Shown piece by piece: positions 10,201-19,885 of a DNA stretch of 64,000 bases. The stretch's first letter is position 1; each line of letters opens with the position of its first letter. A program made the position numbers and the translations under genes. The stretch comes from an uncultured delta proteobacterium (GTDB lineage: Bacteria > Myxococcota > Myxococcia > Myxococcales > Myxococcaceae): the NCBI GenBank assembly GCA_963713045.1, contig CAVQKE010000001.1, positions 416,001 through 480,000 on the forward strand, in the 5' to 3' direction. The notes under the pieces are model-generated. The model ran no database searches. It saw only the letters and a list, made by a program, of their open reading frames with translations, and had not been told where the DNA came from.

Positions 10201-10418
10201 GTCGAGTCCGTGACGGCCACCTGCTCGCCTTGCAACTGAGGCGAAGTCGCCGTGACGACCACATCTGCAATGGGCGCATTGGTGGATGCATCAACCACCG
10301 TTCCGGTCAACGTACCGACACCCTGCCCCTGCGCTCGTACCTGGCCGGCCACGAGCAACCCGAGAAGCGCAAGCGCATAGCTTGCGCCTCTCCCAACAAA
10401 CTCCCTTTTTGGACTCAC
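7212..10418 (-). CDS. oar: Oar-type TonB-dependent outer-membrane transporter
   Basis: Signal peptide, carboxypeptidase-regulatory-like N-domain, plug (GGYLPEYGRSTGGI...TKSGGNEFHGS), WSPRVG barrel motif, C-terminal ARFTF; 1068 aa; divergent from tonB-exbB-exbD-exbD. Confidence 0.88.
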   Translation of the reverse strand: MSPKREFVGRGASYALALLGLLVAGQVRAQGQGVGTLTGTVVDASTNAPIADVVVTATSPQLQGEQVAVTDSTGTYHIPQLTPGIYSLRFEKETYKPYSRGDIQLNADQLLRVNIQLLPESLVGEQVVVVGKTPVIDVGSTQSGLTITSTFSQNIPVSPANVGNQGVRSYQGLALAAPQVNGDLYGVSIAGTTSPENGYLIDGLNFGDTGYGVSNKGPMTGTTGGGSDFSVEFIDQLNVITGGYLPEYGRSTGGILSLTTKSGGNEFHGSVFGTWTPGALAQQSKTITSATSIINQSTKLSNAWDIGFTLGGYIVKDKLWFFVGFNPSQYKTELQRTVSPYDLDANGNPIPIQGGGFQETNVPSATRNYYQTQTNYSYLGKLTWLINSDNRLSFSIAGTPDSYVTPYGNGPNGDYTSSSFSGVDQTLDMVLRLNSSFMEKKLLLDVTLGYHHQSNNQLPIDGSTLGQTTGDVTIPDVIWTGSYNLTQNFPNDPASNSTALQAVCNGPNGATACSVGGYSQGGGGPGGVPREVTEERVQGKLVLTYFLNALGHQTWKAGADVEWFSYNNKIGDVGTDIYFAYGGSPQNSTAAAFLDYRAQGYLVSPDNPVYVPVQNQISYALMPGYFLQDSWNIMDKVTVNIGVRDDNQYFYDTTGALALALNNQWSPRVGVIWDPTYQGKSKIYASYAFYYEQVPLDLVDRDISGNETLSAYHYNCNNPAVTGQRCPNAAGNFPGGGSGVGGGLGLGAGPNQYWFAIGAPPGVQIDPNIVPDKSDEIQIGAEYEIFPNARLGVNYTHRGLSRLIEDFSQNSASSYLLGNPGFGIASNFVQPARIYNGYTVSLTKTFADHWQAQVSYTYISLNGNYDGLFSANYQGQLDPNITAAYDLPQFLVNAFGPLQADTQNSIKAFGSYQFVFAPTVGLTLGLAYLGHSGAPISALGGDLLYGADAVYLIPRGTYGRLPWVNDLDIHATVDIGLGGDMKLSVGLDVFNILGLQSPIQVDQSWVFPTNTPVKAEVGATPAQLKANPLVNPATGQAYPNPQPLNPNFGHATQYQAARTFRFLARFTF

Positions 10419-10462
10419 CGAACCCCTCCAAGTGTGGTCGAAAAGCGGGAAAGCGAAGCGCG

Positions 10463-10492
10463 AGGATGGTCGGGCGTGCGGGGGGCTGTCAA
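10463..10492 (-). promoter_or_regulatory. Candidate sigma70 promoter of oar
   Basis: Minus strand TTGACA-N18-CATCCT about 45 nt upstream of the GTG start; GGAGG RBS. Confidence 0.5.
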
Positions 10493-10560
10493 TAGAAGTT
10501 TGCAGATGGCCTGTGATTTCTGTCCCAGAAGTGCCGCCCGGATGGCACCAGTCCGTCAGC

Positions 10561-10580
10561 CGGGGGTGACGCCACCCCCG
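10561..10580. repeat. Perfect inverted repeat in the oar/tonB divergent spacer
   Basis: CGGGGGTG-ACGC-CACCCCCG. Confidence 0.6.
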
Positions 10581-10693
10581 ATGGAAGGACTTGTGTGCAG
10601 CCGCCCTTCTGAGGTACCCGGGGCAGTGTTGCGAACGGTTTGCGACTTGGGCGGCGTGTTGGATCAGTCCAAACGGTAGGGAGAGTCCGGTCG

Positions 10694-11395
10694 ATGTTTG
10701 ATTCTGTTTTGGGCCACGGCACGGTTGCGAAATCCCGCTTCGGTACGGGTGCGGTTGTTTCCGTGTTGCTGCACGTCGCGGTGCTGGGCCTCGCCATTTA
10801 CTTGAGTACCCGGCCCGCGCGCAGCCAAGAGAAGGACATCGCGGTGGTGCTGAAGGTGGCTCCGCCGCCGCCGCCGCCGCCCCCGCCGCCCGCGGCGACG
10901 CACCACGAAAAGCACACCGTCAAGAAGAACCAATTCGTCCAGCCGAAAGAGATTCCCACCGAGAAGCCGCCGGAAGCCGAGCCTGCGAAAGAAGAAGAGG
11001 AGGCCGGCGTCGAGGGCGGCGTCGAAGGGGGCGTCAAAGGCGGCGTGGTGGGCGGGGTCCTGGGCGGCACCTTGGGTGGGACCGGCACCGGCACCGTCGC
11101 CTTCGGCGAGGGCATGACGCGCCCGGTGCTGCAGTCGGGGCCCGGCGGCACCAACGCGCCTCAGTACACGCGCGAGGCCCGGGAGGCCGGCAGCGAAGGC
11201 TTGATGATTGTGAAGTGCACCATCACCGTCGAAGGCACCGTCACCAACTGTCAAATCATCAAGCCGGTTCCGCACATGGAGGCCGCCGTGCTCCAGTGGC
11301 TGGCGGGCGCCAAGTACAGTCCGGTGACTTTCCAGGGTCGCCCGCAGCAGGTGAGTTACGTCTTCAACTACCGCTTCAAGCTCGACACCCCATGA
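10694..11395 (+). CDS. tonB: Energy transducer TonB
   Basis: TM anchor with SxxxH (SVLLH), poly-Pro, GGV repeats, C-terminal PQYTREARE TonB_C domain. Confidence 0.92.
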   Translation: MFDSVLGHGTVAKSRFGTGAVVSVLLHVAVLGLAIYLSTRPARSQEKDIAVVLKVAPPPPPPPPPPAATHHEKHTVKKNQFVQPKEIPTEKPPEAEPAKEEEEAGVEGGVEGGVKGGVVGGVLGGTLGGTGTGTVAFGEGMTRPVLQSGPGGTNAPQYTREAREAGSEGLMIVKCTITVEGTVTNCQIIKPVPHMEAAVLQWLAGAKYSPVTFQGRPQQVSYVFNYRFKLDTP

Positions 11396-11482
11396 CGAGC
11401 GCACCCCAGGCACCTTCGGGGAGCAACGACACATTTCAAGAAGCACATTTCTCCAGCGCAGACGGAGGCGCTTCCTAAACCC

Positions 11483-12172
11483 ATGCAATTCACAATCACC
11501 GACCTCTACGCCCACATGGGCCTCTTCGCTCGGCTCATCGTCTTCGTTCTGGGCATCATGTCCGTGCTCTCGCTGGTGGTGATGGCGGAGCGCCTGGTGG
11601 TGTTCAACCGCTCGCGCAGCGAATCGCGCAACTTCGCCGAGCGGATGGCCGCCGTCCTGTCCAAGGGTGACTTGATGGCCGCCGCCAATGCCAAGATGGG
11701 CGACAAAGTCGGCCACCTCGGCCGGGTCATCGGCGCCGGTTTGAATGCCCTCAAATTTGCGCCCGGCCAGGACAAGGACCTGTTGGTCGAATCCGTCGCC
11801 AGGGCGCTCGAGCGACAGGCCCAGCGCGAAGTGCAAAGCTTGAAGCGCGGACTCGGGCTGTTGGCCACCGTCGGCTCGACCGCTCCCTTCGTCGGCCTCC
11901 TCGGAACGGTGATGGGAATTGTGTCTGCCTTTCAGTCGATGGCCATCACCGGGTCCGGTGGCCTCGGGACGGTGTCCGCCGGCATCGCCGAGGCCCTCAT
12001 CACCACCGCCTTCGGCCTCCTGGTCGCCATCCCCGCGGTGATGGCCTACAACTACCTGCAGGGCTGGGTCGACGCCCGCGCGGTGGACATCAGCGAGTCC
12101 TCCAACGAATTCCTCGACGTGGTGGCCAAACAGCTGGGCGGCCACGCCTATGTTCCGGGGACTCCGCAGTAG
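11483..12172 (+). CDS. exbB: ExbB (MotA/TolQ/ExbB proton channel)
   Basis: LATVGSTAPFVGLLGTVMGI and GIAEALITTAFGLLVAIPA. Confidence 0.95.
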   Translation: MQFTITDLYAHMGLFARLIVFVLGIMSVLSLVVMAERLVVFNRSRSESRNFAERMAAVLSKGDLMAAANAKMGDKVGHLGRVIGAGLNALKFAPGQDKDLLVESVARALERQAQREVQSLKRGLGLLATVGSTAPFVGLLGTVMGIVSAFQSMAITGSGGLGTVSAGIAEALITTAFGLLVAIPAVMAYNYLQGWVDARAVDISESSNEFLDVVAKQLGGHAYVPGTPQ

Positions 12173-12233
12173 CGGTTCCATCAGCAGTCCGGCCACGGTG
12201 CCGGACCTTTGGCAACACTTGAGGTGAGACGCC

Positions 12234-12646
<413 letters not shown>

Positions 12647-12650
<4 letters not shown>

Positions 12651-13198
12651 GCCTCGGACTCGGAAAGCACCTCGCCAAAAAGCGAAAATTCTCCATCAGC
12701 GAGGGCCGACCCAATTCCGACATCAACGTCACCCCGCTGGTGGACGTGGTGCTGGTGCTGCTCATCATCTTTATGGTGGTGACGCCGCTCCTCGAAAAGG
12801 ACATCCAAGTGCGCGTCCCGGACGAGGAGTCCGAGACCGTCCCGGAGCCGGACCCCAGTCAAATTGTGGTCAGCATCGAAGAGTCGGGCACCATCAAGCT
12901 CAACTCGGAGGCGGTGGACGACGCGGCCTATGTGGAGCGGATGAAGCGCGTGCTGGCTGCCAAGGCTCCCGACGAGAAGCTGGTCTTCTTCATCCCCGAG
13001 GAGAAGGCCAACTATGGCCGGGTGGTGTTTGCCCTGGACGGCGCCCGCGCTGCCGGCGCCAAAATTCTCGGCGTCATCACCGAGCCGGTGGTGGGCATCG
13101 TGACGCCTGGAGAGGTGCCTGCCGGCGCCCCGCCCGGCGGCCCTGCGCCCGCCGCCCCTGCAGCTCCGCCAGCGCCGCCCGCAGCAGCGCCGAAGTAG
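12647..13198 (+). CDS. exbD: ExbD/TolR family protein, copy 2 (Pro/Ala tail)
   Basis: INVTPLVDVVLVLLIIFMV; GTGA overlap with copy 1. Confidence 0.92.
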
Positions 13199-13201
13199 TC
13201 T

Positions 13202-14734
13202 TTAGGGCCGCGGCGCCGGCGCCGTTTGTGCCGAAGGCGTGGCCGGCGCAGCGTTGGGTTGACCGCATGTCTTGGCAAAGCTTGCCAGGCGCGCGGTGTA
13301 CTCCGCCCGCGCGGCGGGCGTGGAACGCTCCGGGAGCAGTTCAACCGCCAAGGCCTGGGTGTTGACTGCCTCGCTGCAGCGCCCGACGGCAGCCAGCGCC
13401 AGGGCCAGCGTATAGAGGTAGGCGGAGTTCCAGGGCGCCATCCGGGCCGCAGCCAGGGCCAGGGGAAGGACGGCCTCGGCGTGGCCCGCTCTCAGGGTCA
13501 GCCAGGCCAAGGCGTAGAAGGCCTCCGGGTTGTCCGGCAGCAGCTGGGTGGCCTTCTTGAGGGCCAGCGAGCGCTCCTCCAGCGTCTGCGGAGTGTCGGG
13601 CAAAGTCTGCGCGAGCAGCAGCCACGCGAGCCCGTCCTCCGGGTGACTGGCGGTGGCCCGTCGCCCGAGGGCCACCCGCTCGGCGGGCGGGACCAGAGAC
13701 ACCTTCATCCGCAGGGCGCGGACGTTGGTCGGGTCTTCAGCCAACGCGCTCGCAAGGTCTGCCAGCGCCTTGGCCCGCTGGCCCTCAGCATCCCCCAACG
13801 CCACGCTGGCACTGAGGGCCATTTCAGCCCGCGTGGCGTGCACCTCAGCCGATGTCATGGGCCGCTCCTTCAGCGTCCCGGCCACCTCGGGCAGCTCGAC
13901 GCTGACGTTGCGGTACTCGCCGTAGTGGGCGAACTGCTGCAGCTGCGCGTCGACATCACCCAAGCCGGAGAAGGTGGCCTTGTAGGCCTTGTCCGGGTCA
14001 ATCCCCTTCACCAGCAGCGTCTGGTAGCGCGCAAATTCCTCGGGGTGGGTGTTGTACAGCCAGTGGACGAGGAGCCAACTCAATCCATACAGGCCCCAGG
14101 TGGTGGCCTCATCCTGCGCGTTCAGCTTGCCGCCCCAGGCCAGGGCGTCGGCCACCGTCAGCGTCCGGTGGGTGTTGTACAGCCTCAACGCCTGCAGGTT
14201 GATGTCGCCCAGCGTCGCCGTCTTTCCATCCGGAGACAGCCGCATCGTTTCTAGGAATTGGGCCAGCCCTTCGGAAAACCACTTCGGCTGCCGGCGGTAG
14301 ACATAGGCCGCCAGGTGGTGAGTCAGCTCATGCTTGAGGACGGAGGTGGTTTCTTCCAGGGCCAGCGTCTCGCGGTGCTCCCAGCTTTCTGGAGCGCCGT
14401 AGAGGTAGGCGGTGGGCGGATAGACCCGGTCGACAAAGAGGCCGCCGATGCGGCCCCCGAAGTACCCTTCGAAGTCCTGGTGGTTGGAAAGCACCACCAC
14501 GTCAATGCGCTCGGGTTGCATCAGCTGTAGCCCCGGCCAGGCGGCCACCAGGAGGGCCGCCCGCGTGCGCTCCACGGCCAGCGCTGCGCGCCGCGCGTCC
14601 TGCAGGCGGAGGTCCGTCCGCAGGGTGACGTGGGCGGTCTGCACCTCGGTCCAGCCGGTGGGCGCCTCCGCGGCTTCGGTGGCGGCACTGCCGAGGACCA
14701 GCAGAAAAGCAAGAAGGGGAGCCCGGGGCGTCAA
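13202..14734 (-). CDS. Secreted zincin-like metallopeptidase (DUF1570/MA-like) with TPR repeats
   Basis: Signal peptide, HELTH plus PKWFSEGLA, C-terminal TPR-like repeats; TTG start overlapping upstream TGA. Confidence 0.78.
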   Translation of the reverse strand: MTPRAPLLAFLLVLGSAATEAAEAPTGWTEVQTAHVTLRTDLRLQDARRAALAVERTRAALLVAAWPGLQLMQPERIDVVVLSNHQDFEGYFGGRIGGLFVDRVYPPTAYLYGAPESWEHRETLALEETTSVLKHELTHHLAAYVYRRQPKWFSEGLAQFLETMRLSPDGKTATLGDINLQALRLYNTHRTLTVADALAWGGKLNAQDEATTWGLYGLSWLLVHWLYNTHPEEFARYQTLLVKGIDPDKAYKATFSGLGDVDAQLQQFAHYGEYRNVSVELPEVAGTLKERPMTSAEVHATRAEMALSASVALGDAEGQRAKALADLASALAEDPTNVRALRMKVSLVPPAERVALGRRATASHPEDGLAWLLLAQTLPDTPQTLEERSLALKKATQLLPDNPEAFYALAWLTLRAGHAEAVLPLALAAARMAPWNSAYLYTLALALAAVGRCSEAVNTQALAVELLPERSTPAARAEYTARLASFAKTCGQPNAAPATPSAQTAPAPRP

Positions 14735-15189
14735 AAGAGGCGCACCAGTGCCGCGCCGGCGACAATGAAGAGCACACCGAGAATGCGTGCGGCGTTGATG
14801 GGGTGGTGCACCGTGCCCAGCCAGCCGAAGTGTTCCAGAAGCAGCGCCGCGCACAGCTGCCCCATCACCACCGCCGCCAGCAGCGGCCCTGGGCCCATCC
14901 GGGGTGCGATGACGACGGTGCCCAGCACATACAGCGCGCCCATCAGCCCTCCGCCCCACGCCCAGAGGGGTGCCTGGCCCAGACGAGGCCCAGGCCAAGG
15001 CCCGCGCGAGCAGGCAAGGACGACGGCCAAGGCCAGCGTGCCCACCGCGAAGGAGACGAGCGAGGCTCCGACCGGCCCGGCGGCAGCCGGGCGCAGGCGG
15101 GTATTCATCGCCACTTGAAGGGCAAGGCCGGCCCCCAACAGGGCGGACGCAAACAAGAGGCCTGGGTTCAGACGGGTGTCCCCCCTCAT
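14731..15189 (-). CDS. DMT family transporter (YdcZ/DUF606)
   Basis: ALQVAMN, SFAVG, WAWGGGLMGA, GQL...EHFGWLG. Confidence 0.9.
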   Translation of the reverse strand: MRGDTRLNPGLLFASALLGAGLALQVAMNTRLRPAAAGPVGASLVSFAVGTLALAVVLACSRGPWPGPRLGQAPLWAWGGGLMGALYVLGTVVIAPRMGPGPLLAAVVMGQLCAALLLEHFGWLGTVHHPINAARILGVLFIVAGAALVRLF

Positions 15190-15206
15190 CCAGCAAGTCG
15201 CTGGCG

Positions 15207-15794
15207 TCAGCTGTTGGCTTTGTACTTCACCGAGCAGCCGTAGGGCGCCGATGTCGTCACCGGGACGGTTTGGCCGCTGAGGACGGCGTCCACTGCTTGG
15301 CGCACGTAGTTGATGGCCGAGGGGTTTCGCCCGTGTGGGTCGTCATCCACCGCGCCCGCGTAGCGCAGCGTCCCTTGGGCATCCACCACAAACATGTGCG
15401 GCGTCGTCTTGGCCCCATAGGCATGGCCCACCGTGCCACTTTCGTCTTGCAACACCGGGGGCAAAAAGCCCTGCTGCTGCTTCCAGGCGGCGGACTTCTC
15501 CGGGGTGTTGAAGTGGCTGGAGTCGATGACCAGCCACACCACCGGCTTTCCGGCAAAGGTGGCCAGCGTCTTCTGCATGGTTTTGTCGGCGTAGTGCCGC
15601 TGGACGAAGGGGCACTCCGGGTTGGTCCACTCCAGCACCACCACCTTGCCGCGGTACTGATGAAGGGCGTGGGGCACGCCCGTCTCGTCGCGAAGGGTGA
15701 AGTCTGGAGCGCTCTGCCCGACTTCGGCGGCCGAGGCGGAAAAGGCCAGATGGAGTGAGGCGAGGGACAGAAGGGCAAGCAGGTGACGCTTCAT
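15207..15794 (-). CDS. Exported peroxiredoxin-like / AhpC-TSA thioredoxin-fold protein
   Basis: Signal peptide, APDFTL, WTNPECPFV, YGAKTTPHMFVVD, YGCSVKY. Confidence 0.88.
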   Translation of the reverse strand: MKRHLLALLSLASLHLAFSASAAEVGQSAPDFTLRDETGVPHALHQYRGKVVVLEWTNPECPFVQRHYADKTMQKTLATFAGKPVVWLVIDSSHFNTPEKSAAWKQQQGFLPPVLQDESGTVGHAYGAKTTPHMFVVDAQGTLRYAGAVDDDPHGRNPSAINYVRQAVDAVLSGQTVPVTTSAPYGCSVKYKANS

Positions 15795-15816
15795 AGGGGC
15801 ACATTCCCCAAACGGG

Positions 15817-17940
15817 CTAGAAGGGCGCGGGGGACAACTCCGCCGACAGCGGGGCAGCCGCACGGTGCAAAGCGTCCACCACCTGGGAGACGCTGAGCAA
15901 CTCTGGGAGCACCTCCGGGGAGTCCGGCCGGTGGGGGCTGAAGAGGAGGTACATGGGCACGCCTGCCCGCTGGTGGGCAGCCAGCTCAGCGGCAATTCCG
16001 GCGTCGGGGCGCGTCCAGTCCGCCACCAAAACCCTTGTGCCGGTGACGGCCAGCGCCTGTTGCACCGCGGGGCGGGACAGGACAGCGCCTTCGTTGAATT
16101 TGCAGGTGAGGCACCACTGGGCGGTGAAGTCCACGAAGACCGGCCGGCCGGCGTGCAGCGTCTCGGCGACCGCGTTGGGCGTCCAGTCCGACGCTGAGGT
16201 GTCTGGGACGGAAGCCGTGAAGCGAAGGCTGGCTGCACCGGCGACCAGGACCATGACCGCGGCCGCGGCCCACCCAAGTCCGGCCCTGCCGTCCTGCCAG
16301 CGGCCCCACAGCCACGCGGCACCGGCGATGGCCAGAAGAAACGCGAGGAGGCGCACCATGCCCTGGACGCCGCTGAGGCCGCCCAACACCGAGGCCAGCC
16401 ACACCGCCGTGCCCAACAGCGCAAAGCCCAACAGCTGCCGCAGCCGCTCCATCCACGCCCCGGGGCGCGGCAGCCGGGCGCCCAGCCGCGGCACCAGCAC
16501 CAGGAGGAGGAAGGGCAGCGCCAGCCCCAGTCCCACCAGCAGAAAGACGCACCCCACCACCCAGGCCGGCGCGGCGAAGGCGAAGCCCAGGGCGGTGCCC
16601 AACAGCGGCGCCATGCAGGGGGTGGCCAGCACCACCGCCAACACGCCCTCCGCGGCACTGCGCCAGGTGCCGTGCTGACGGTCCACTGCCTGGACCAGCG
16701 GCTGGCTGGCAACGCCCACGCGGTAGACGCCGAAGAGGTTGAGGGCAAAGGCCACCACCAGCCCAGCCAACGCGGCGACAAACAGGGGCTGTTGAAATTG
16801 GAAGCCCCAGCCCACGGCGTGCCCGGCGGCGCGCAGCCCCAGCACCACGGCGGCCAGCATTTCCAAGGTCAAGACAATGCCCAGCGTGTACGCGACGGCA
16901 TGCCCCGCCGCCTGGCGCCCCTCAGCCTGCGCCGCGCGGAGAAAGCCGTAGGCCTTGAGAGCCAGCACCGGGAAGACGCACGGCATGAGGTTGAGCAACA
17001 GGCCGCCCACAAAAGACAGAAGCAGCACCCACGCCAAGGTGGGCCCGCCTGCGGCCGGCGCCGCGAGGACGCTGCCCAGGGGCAAATTCAACTCCACCGG
17101 CCTTTGCGAAAGGCGCAGCACGCCGCGCAGGAGGAGGGGGCCCGGGCCGGCTTCCGGCACCAGGCGGCCCGTCAACAGAAGCTCGCCGGGGCGCCCTGCA
17201 AGGGCCTCCAAGGCGAAGGCTGACACCCTGGGGACGCGCTCCGGGATGAAGGCGTCTTGGGATGGCAGCGTCACCGGCCGCCCGTCCGGCCCAGAGAGGG
17301 ACAGCTCGGCCGAGAAGCCAGTGCCGGCGCGCAGGACGGCTGGCCTTCGCACGCGAAGCTGCAGGCCGGCCTGACTTTCCGAGACCGGCACCCGACTGTC
17401 GGCCGCGTCCAGAAGCTTAGCCTCCTCGGCGTTGCGGACGGCCTGCGGGCCGACCGCAAGGCGGCGCTCCAACGTCAGCGTCGCCGGAATGCACTCCACC
17501 TCGCACACCAGCACGTCCACCAGGGCCCGCAGGGGCAGGGTCGGCCCTGCGGGGGCTTGCGCCTGGGCGCGGGCAAACAGGACAACGTCCTCGGCGTAGC
17601 CGTAGGTGGTGATGGAGCCGTCCGGGCTGTGCAACACCGTGGGCTCGGGCCATTGCAGCGCACCGACGGTGAGCCCAGGGCCCTGCAGCGCCACTTCGGT
17701 GGCCATGCCCGCCTCTCCGGGGTTGCGCCAGTAGACGTGCCAGCCCGGCGCCATTTGCAGCCGCACGCCCACGCGGAAGCTGCCGCCCGGGGCCAGCTGC
17801 TCCACCTCGGACAGCAGCGTCGCTTCCACCCGGGGCACGCCTTCCACGAAGGCGCCGGCGGCGCTGGAGGGGGCGGGGGCCGCAGGGGCGGCCCACGCCC
17901 AACCAGCAACCAGCAGCGTGGACAGGCCAAAGGGACGCAC
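15817..17940 (-). CDS. dsbD: DsbD/ScsB-type thiol:disulfide interchange protein
   Basis: GWHVYWRNPG...CEVEC alpha domain, LNLMPCVFPV and LATPCMAP TM Cys residues, DFTAQWCLTC thioredoxin domain; start approximate. Confidence 0.88.
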   Translation of the reverse strand: MRPFGLSTLLVAGWAWAAPAAPAPSSAAGAFVEGVPRVEATLLSEVEQLAPGGSFRVGVRLQMAPGWHVYWRNPGEAGMATEVALQGPGLTVGALQWPEPTVLHSPDGSITTYGYAEDVVLFARAQAQAPAGPTLPLRALVDVLVCEVECIPATLTLERRLAVGPQAVRNAEEAKLLDAADSRVPVSESQAGLQLRVRRPAVLRAGTGFSAELSLSGPDGRPVTLPSQDAFIPERVPRVSAFALEALAGRPGELLLTGRLVPEAGPGPLLLRGVLRLSQRPVELNLPLGSVLAAPAAGGPTLAWVLLLSFVGGLLLNLMPCVFPVLALKAYGFLRAAQAEGRQAAGHAVAYTLGIVLTLEMLAAVVLGLRAAGHAVGWGFQFQQPLFVAALAGLVVAFALNLFGVYRVGVASQPLVQAVDRQHGTWRSAAEGVLAVVLATPCMAPLLGTALGFAFAAPAWVVGCVFLLVGLGLALPFLLLVLVPRLGARLPRPGAWMERLRQLLGFALLGTAVWLASVLGGLSGVQGMVRLLAFLLAIAGAAWLWGRWQDGRAGLGWAAAAVMVLVAGAASLRFTASVPDTSASDWTPNAVAETLHAGRPVFVDFTAQWCLTCKFNEGAVLSRPAVQQALAVTGTRVLVADWTRPDAGIAAELAAHQRAGVPMYLLFSPHRPDSPEVLPELLSVSQVVDALHRAAAPLSAELSPAPF

Positions 17941-18028
17941 GGAGGATGAAACACTTACCGCCGCCGCGGCGTTCCCGCCGGCCCTTTCGCCCGGGGGGGC
18001 GGTGGGGCATGTGGATGCCCGTCTGTCC

Positions 18029-18514
18029 TCAAAAGGTGTGCAGCACGGCCGGCGACAGGGGGATTCTGACTGGACCGCCGGGGAGGCCGAGGACCAGGCC
18101 TTCTTCCGTCTCTTCGAGGAGGGTGCCCAGTGCAGCCTGGGCCTGGCGCGAGAAGCGCGCCTTGGCCCGGCCGGCCTTGACGCGCGCGTTGAGGACGCCG
18201 TCTGCGTCCAGCCGGAGGGTGGAGACGTCCAGCGCTTCGCCCGTCCGGTCGCTGAGGCGGAGAAACACCTGCCTTTCTGCAGCGTCAAGGCCCGTCACCC
18301 AATAGGCAGCGTCCTCCACGGTGACGTAGGCCCAGTCGCTGCCAACGCGCAGCTGAAAGCGGCCGTCCTCGGTGGGCACCAGGCTTTCATTGAAAAGCTG
18401 CACAATTTTGGGATGAACAATGGGCTCGCCGTCGTGGAGCCAGCGGAGCTGTCTGTCCAGGACGAGGCCGCTGTCTTCCCGGGTGTGCCAGCGCGGCAGG
18501 GCTTGCTCGGCCAT
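18029..18514 (-). CDS. DUF1285-like protein
   Basis: WLHDGEPI, YVTVEDA, ARFSRQA motifs. Confidence 0.75.
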   Translation of the reverse strand: MAEQALPRWHTREDSGLVLDRQLRWLHDGEPIVHPKIVQLFNESLVPTEDGRFQLRVGSDWAYVTVEDAAYWVTGLDAAERQVFLRLSDRTGEALDVSTLRLDADGVLNARVKAGRAKARFSRQAQAALGTLLEETEEGLVLGLPGGPVRIPLSPAVLHTF

Positions 18515-18526
18515 GGTGCCCCCTCC

Positions 18527-19885
18527 CTAGCCCCCCGCGGCGCGCCGGACCAATTCGGTGTAACCGCGAAAGGCGAGTGCCCCCCAGAAGTTGACCAGGA
18601 AGCCCAGGCCCAGAAGCGCCTGGACGCCCAACAGGCGGAAGGACCATCCGCCCACGGCCAGCAGCAGCACCAAGTAGGGCGTCCAGTCCAAGCTGAAGCG
18701 GAAGCCAAACTGCATGTAGCCGGTGTTTTGGTAGAGGAAGCCGGGAAGTGCACTGGCGGCCACCGTCAACCACAGGGGCCAGTGCAGGCGCGGGCGGCGC
18801 CGGGGGAAGAGGAGCAGCACCAAGAAGGGCATGGTGAGCAGGAGCGAGAGGCCGTGCGGGTCATAGCTGAGGTGAAACGGGTGCAGCTGCACCTGGGGCA
18901 GCTTGAGAAAGGCCGCCTCCAGGTTTCTCGGCAGGTAGGCCAGGCTGAACAGGCCGTGGGCGTCAATGTCGGCGTTGACGCGGTTGTTGTAGAGAAAGCG
19001 GTGGCCGAAGTCCGCCGGCGAGCCGAAGCGCACCCAATTGTACCAAGCGGCCGCCAGGGCCAGGGGCGCGGACCCGGCGGCGAAGGCGCCCAGCCGACGC
19101 AGGGCCGGCGCCGGCGTGCGCAGCACTTCGCGCAGCTGGGCGCGGCGGTGCGGGCCTGGGGCCACGGCTTCCAGGAGGAAGAAGACAGCGGTGAAGAGGA
19201 GTGGCGTCCGGGTGAGGGTGGCCATCGACCACAGCACGCCGGCCCGGGCCGGGTGCACGGCGTGGAGGGCCGCTTGTAAGTACAGCACCGTCAACAGCAC
19301 GCCCAGCACCTCGGCGAGAAACCACACCTCTCCGCGGATGGCGCAGCTGAAAAAGAGGGTGCCAAAGCCAAGCGTCAGGGCCAGCACCACATCCTCCTCG
19401 GTGGTGCGGCGCGAGTCCCCGCCGGCCGTCAACTTGCGGCACAGTGCGTAGAAGAGGGCAATGGCCGCGGCGCCGAGGAAGACGCCGAAGCTGGTGTCGT
19501 TGAATTGCCAGCCGTTGACGGCGACGAAGGGCACCATCAACAGCGACGGGAAGGACGGGAAGCTGACGTACCAGCGGTCGGTGGGCCGGGGCGCGCCTTC
19601 GCAGCGCACCTTCTGTCCGGCGCTCTCGCGCACACAGGCCCAGTCCTCGAGGTTGGGTAAGTCCTTCGGGTCGACGTCCAGGCGCCCATCGAGCCAGGCT
19701 TTGGTCGCGTAGACGAAGTGCGGCGCGGCGCTCTGGCGCAGAAAGCGGGGGCCGCTGAAGCAGGCCAGCACCAGCAAGCAGCCGAGGAAGAGGGCGACTT
19801 CGGTCCGGTAGGCGCCAAACATCAACCGCAGTGCGGCCACCGCGCCGACGGCGTGCTGGCTGCGCTCGGCCGCCTTGTCCGTCAC
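18527..19885 (-). CDS. Multi-pass membrane protein, GT-C glycosyltransferase-like
   Basis: About 10 TM helices, periplasmic loop after TM1, YNWVRFGSP, QFGFRFSLD. Confidence 0.55.
   Translation of the reverse strand: MTDKAAERSQHAVGAVAALRLMFGAYRTEVALFLGCLLVLACFSGPRFLRQSAAPHFVYATKAWLDGRLDVDPKDLPNLEDWACVRESAGQKVRCEGAPRPTDRWYVSFPSFPSLLMVPFVAVNGWQFNDTSFGVFLGAAAIALFYALCRKLTAGGDSRRTTEEDVVLALTLGFGTLFFSCAIRGEVWFLAEVLGVLLTVLYLQAALHAVHPARAGVLWSMATLTRTPLLFTAVFFLLEAVAPGPHRRAQLREVLRTPAPALRRLGAFAAGSAPLALAAAWYNWVRFGSPADFGHRFLYNNRVNADIDAHGLFSLAYLPRNLEAAFLKLPQVQLHPFHLSYDPHGLSLLLTMPFLVLLLFPRRRPRLHWPLWLTVAASALPGFLYQNTGYMQFGFRFSLDWTPYLVLLLAVGGWSFRLLGVQALLGLGFLVNFWGALAFRGYTELVRRAAGG

Noticed and set aside
11420..11455. 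CACATTTC direct repeat between tonB and exbB
   Set aside because: Only two 8-bp copies; could be chance, with no further support
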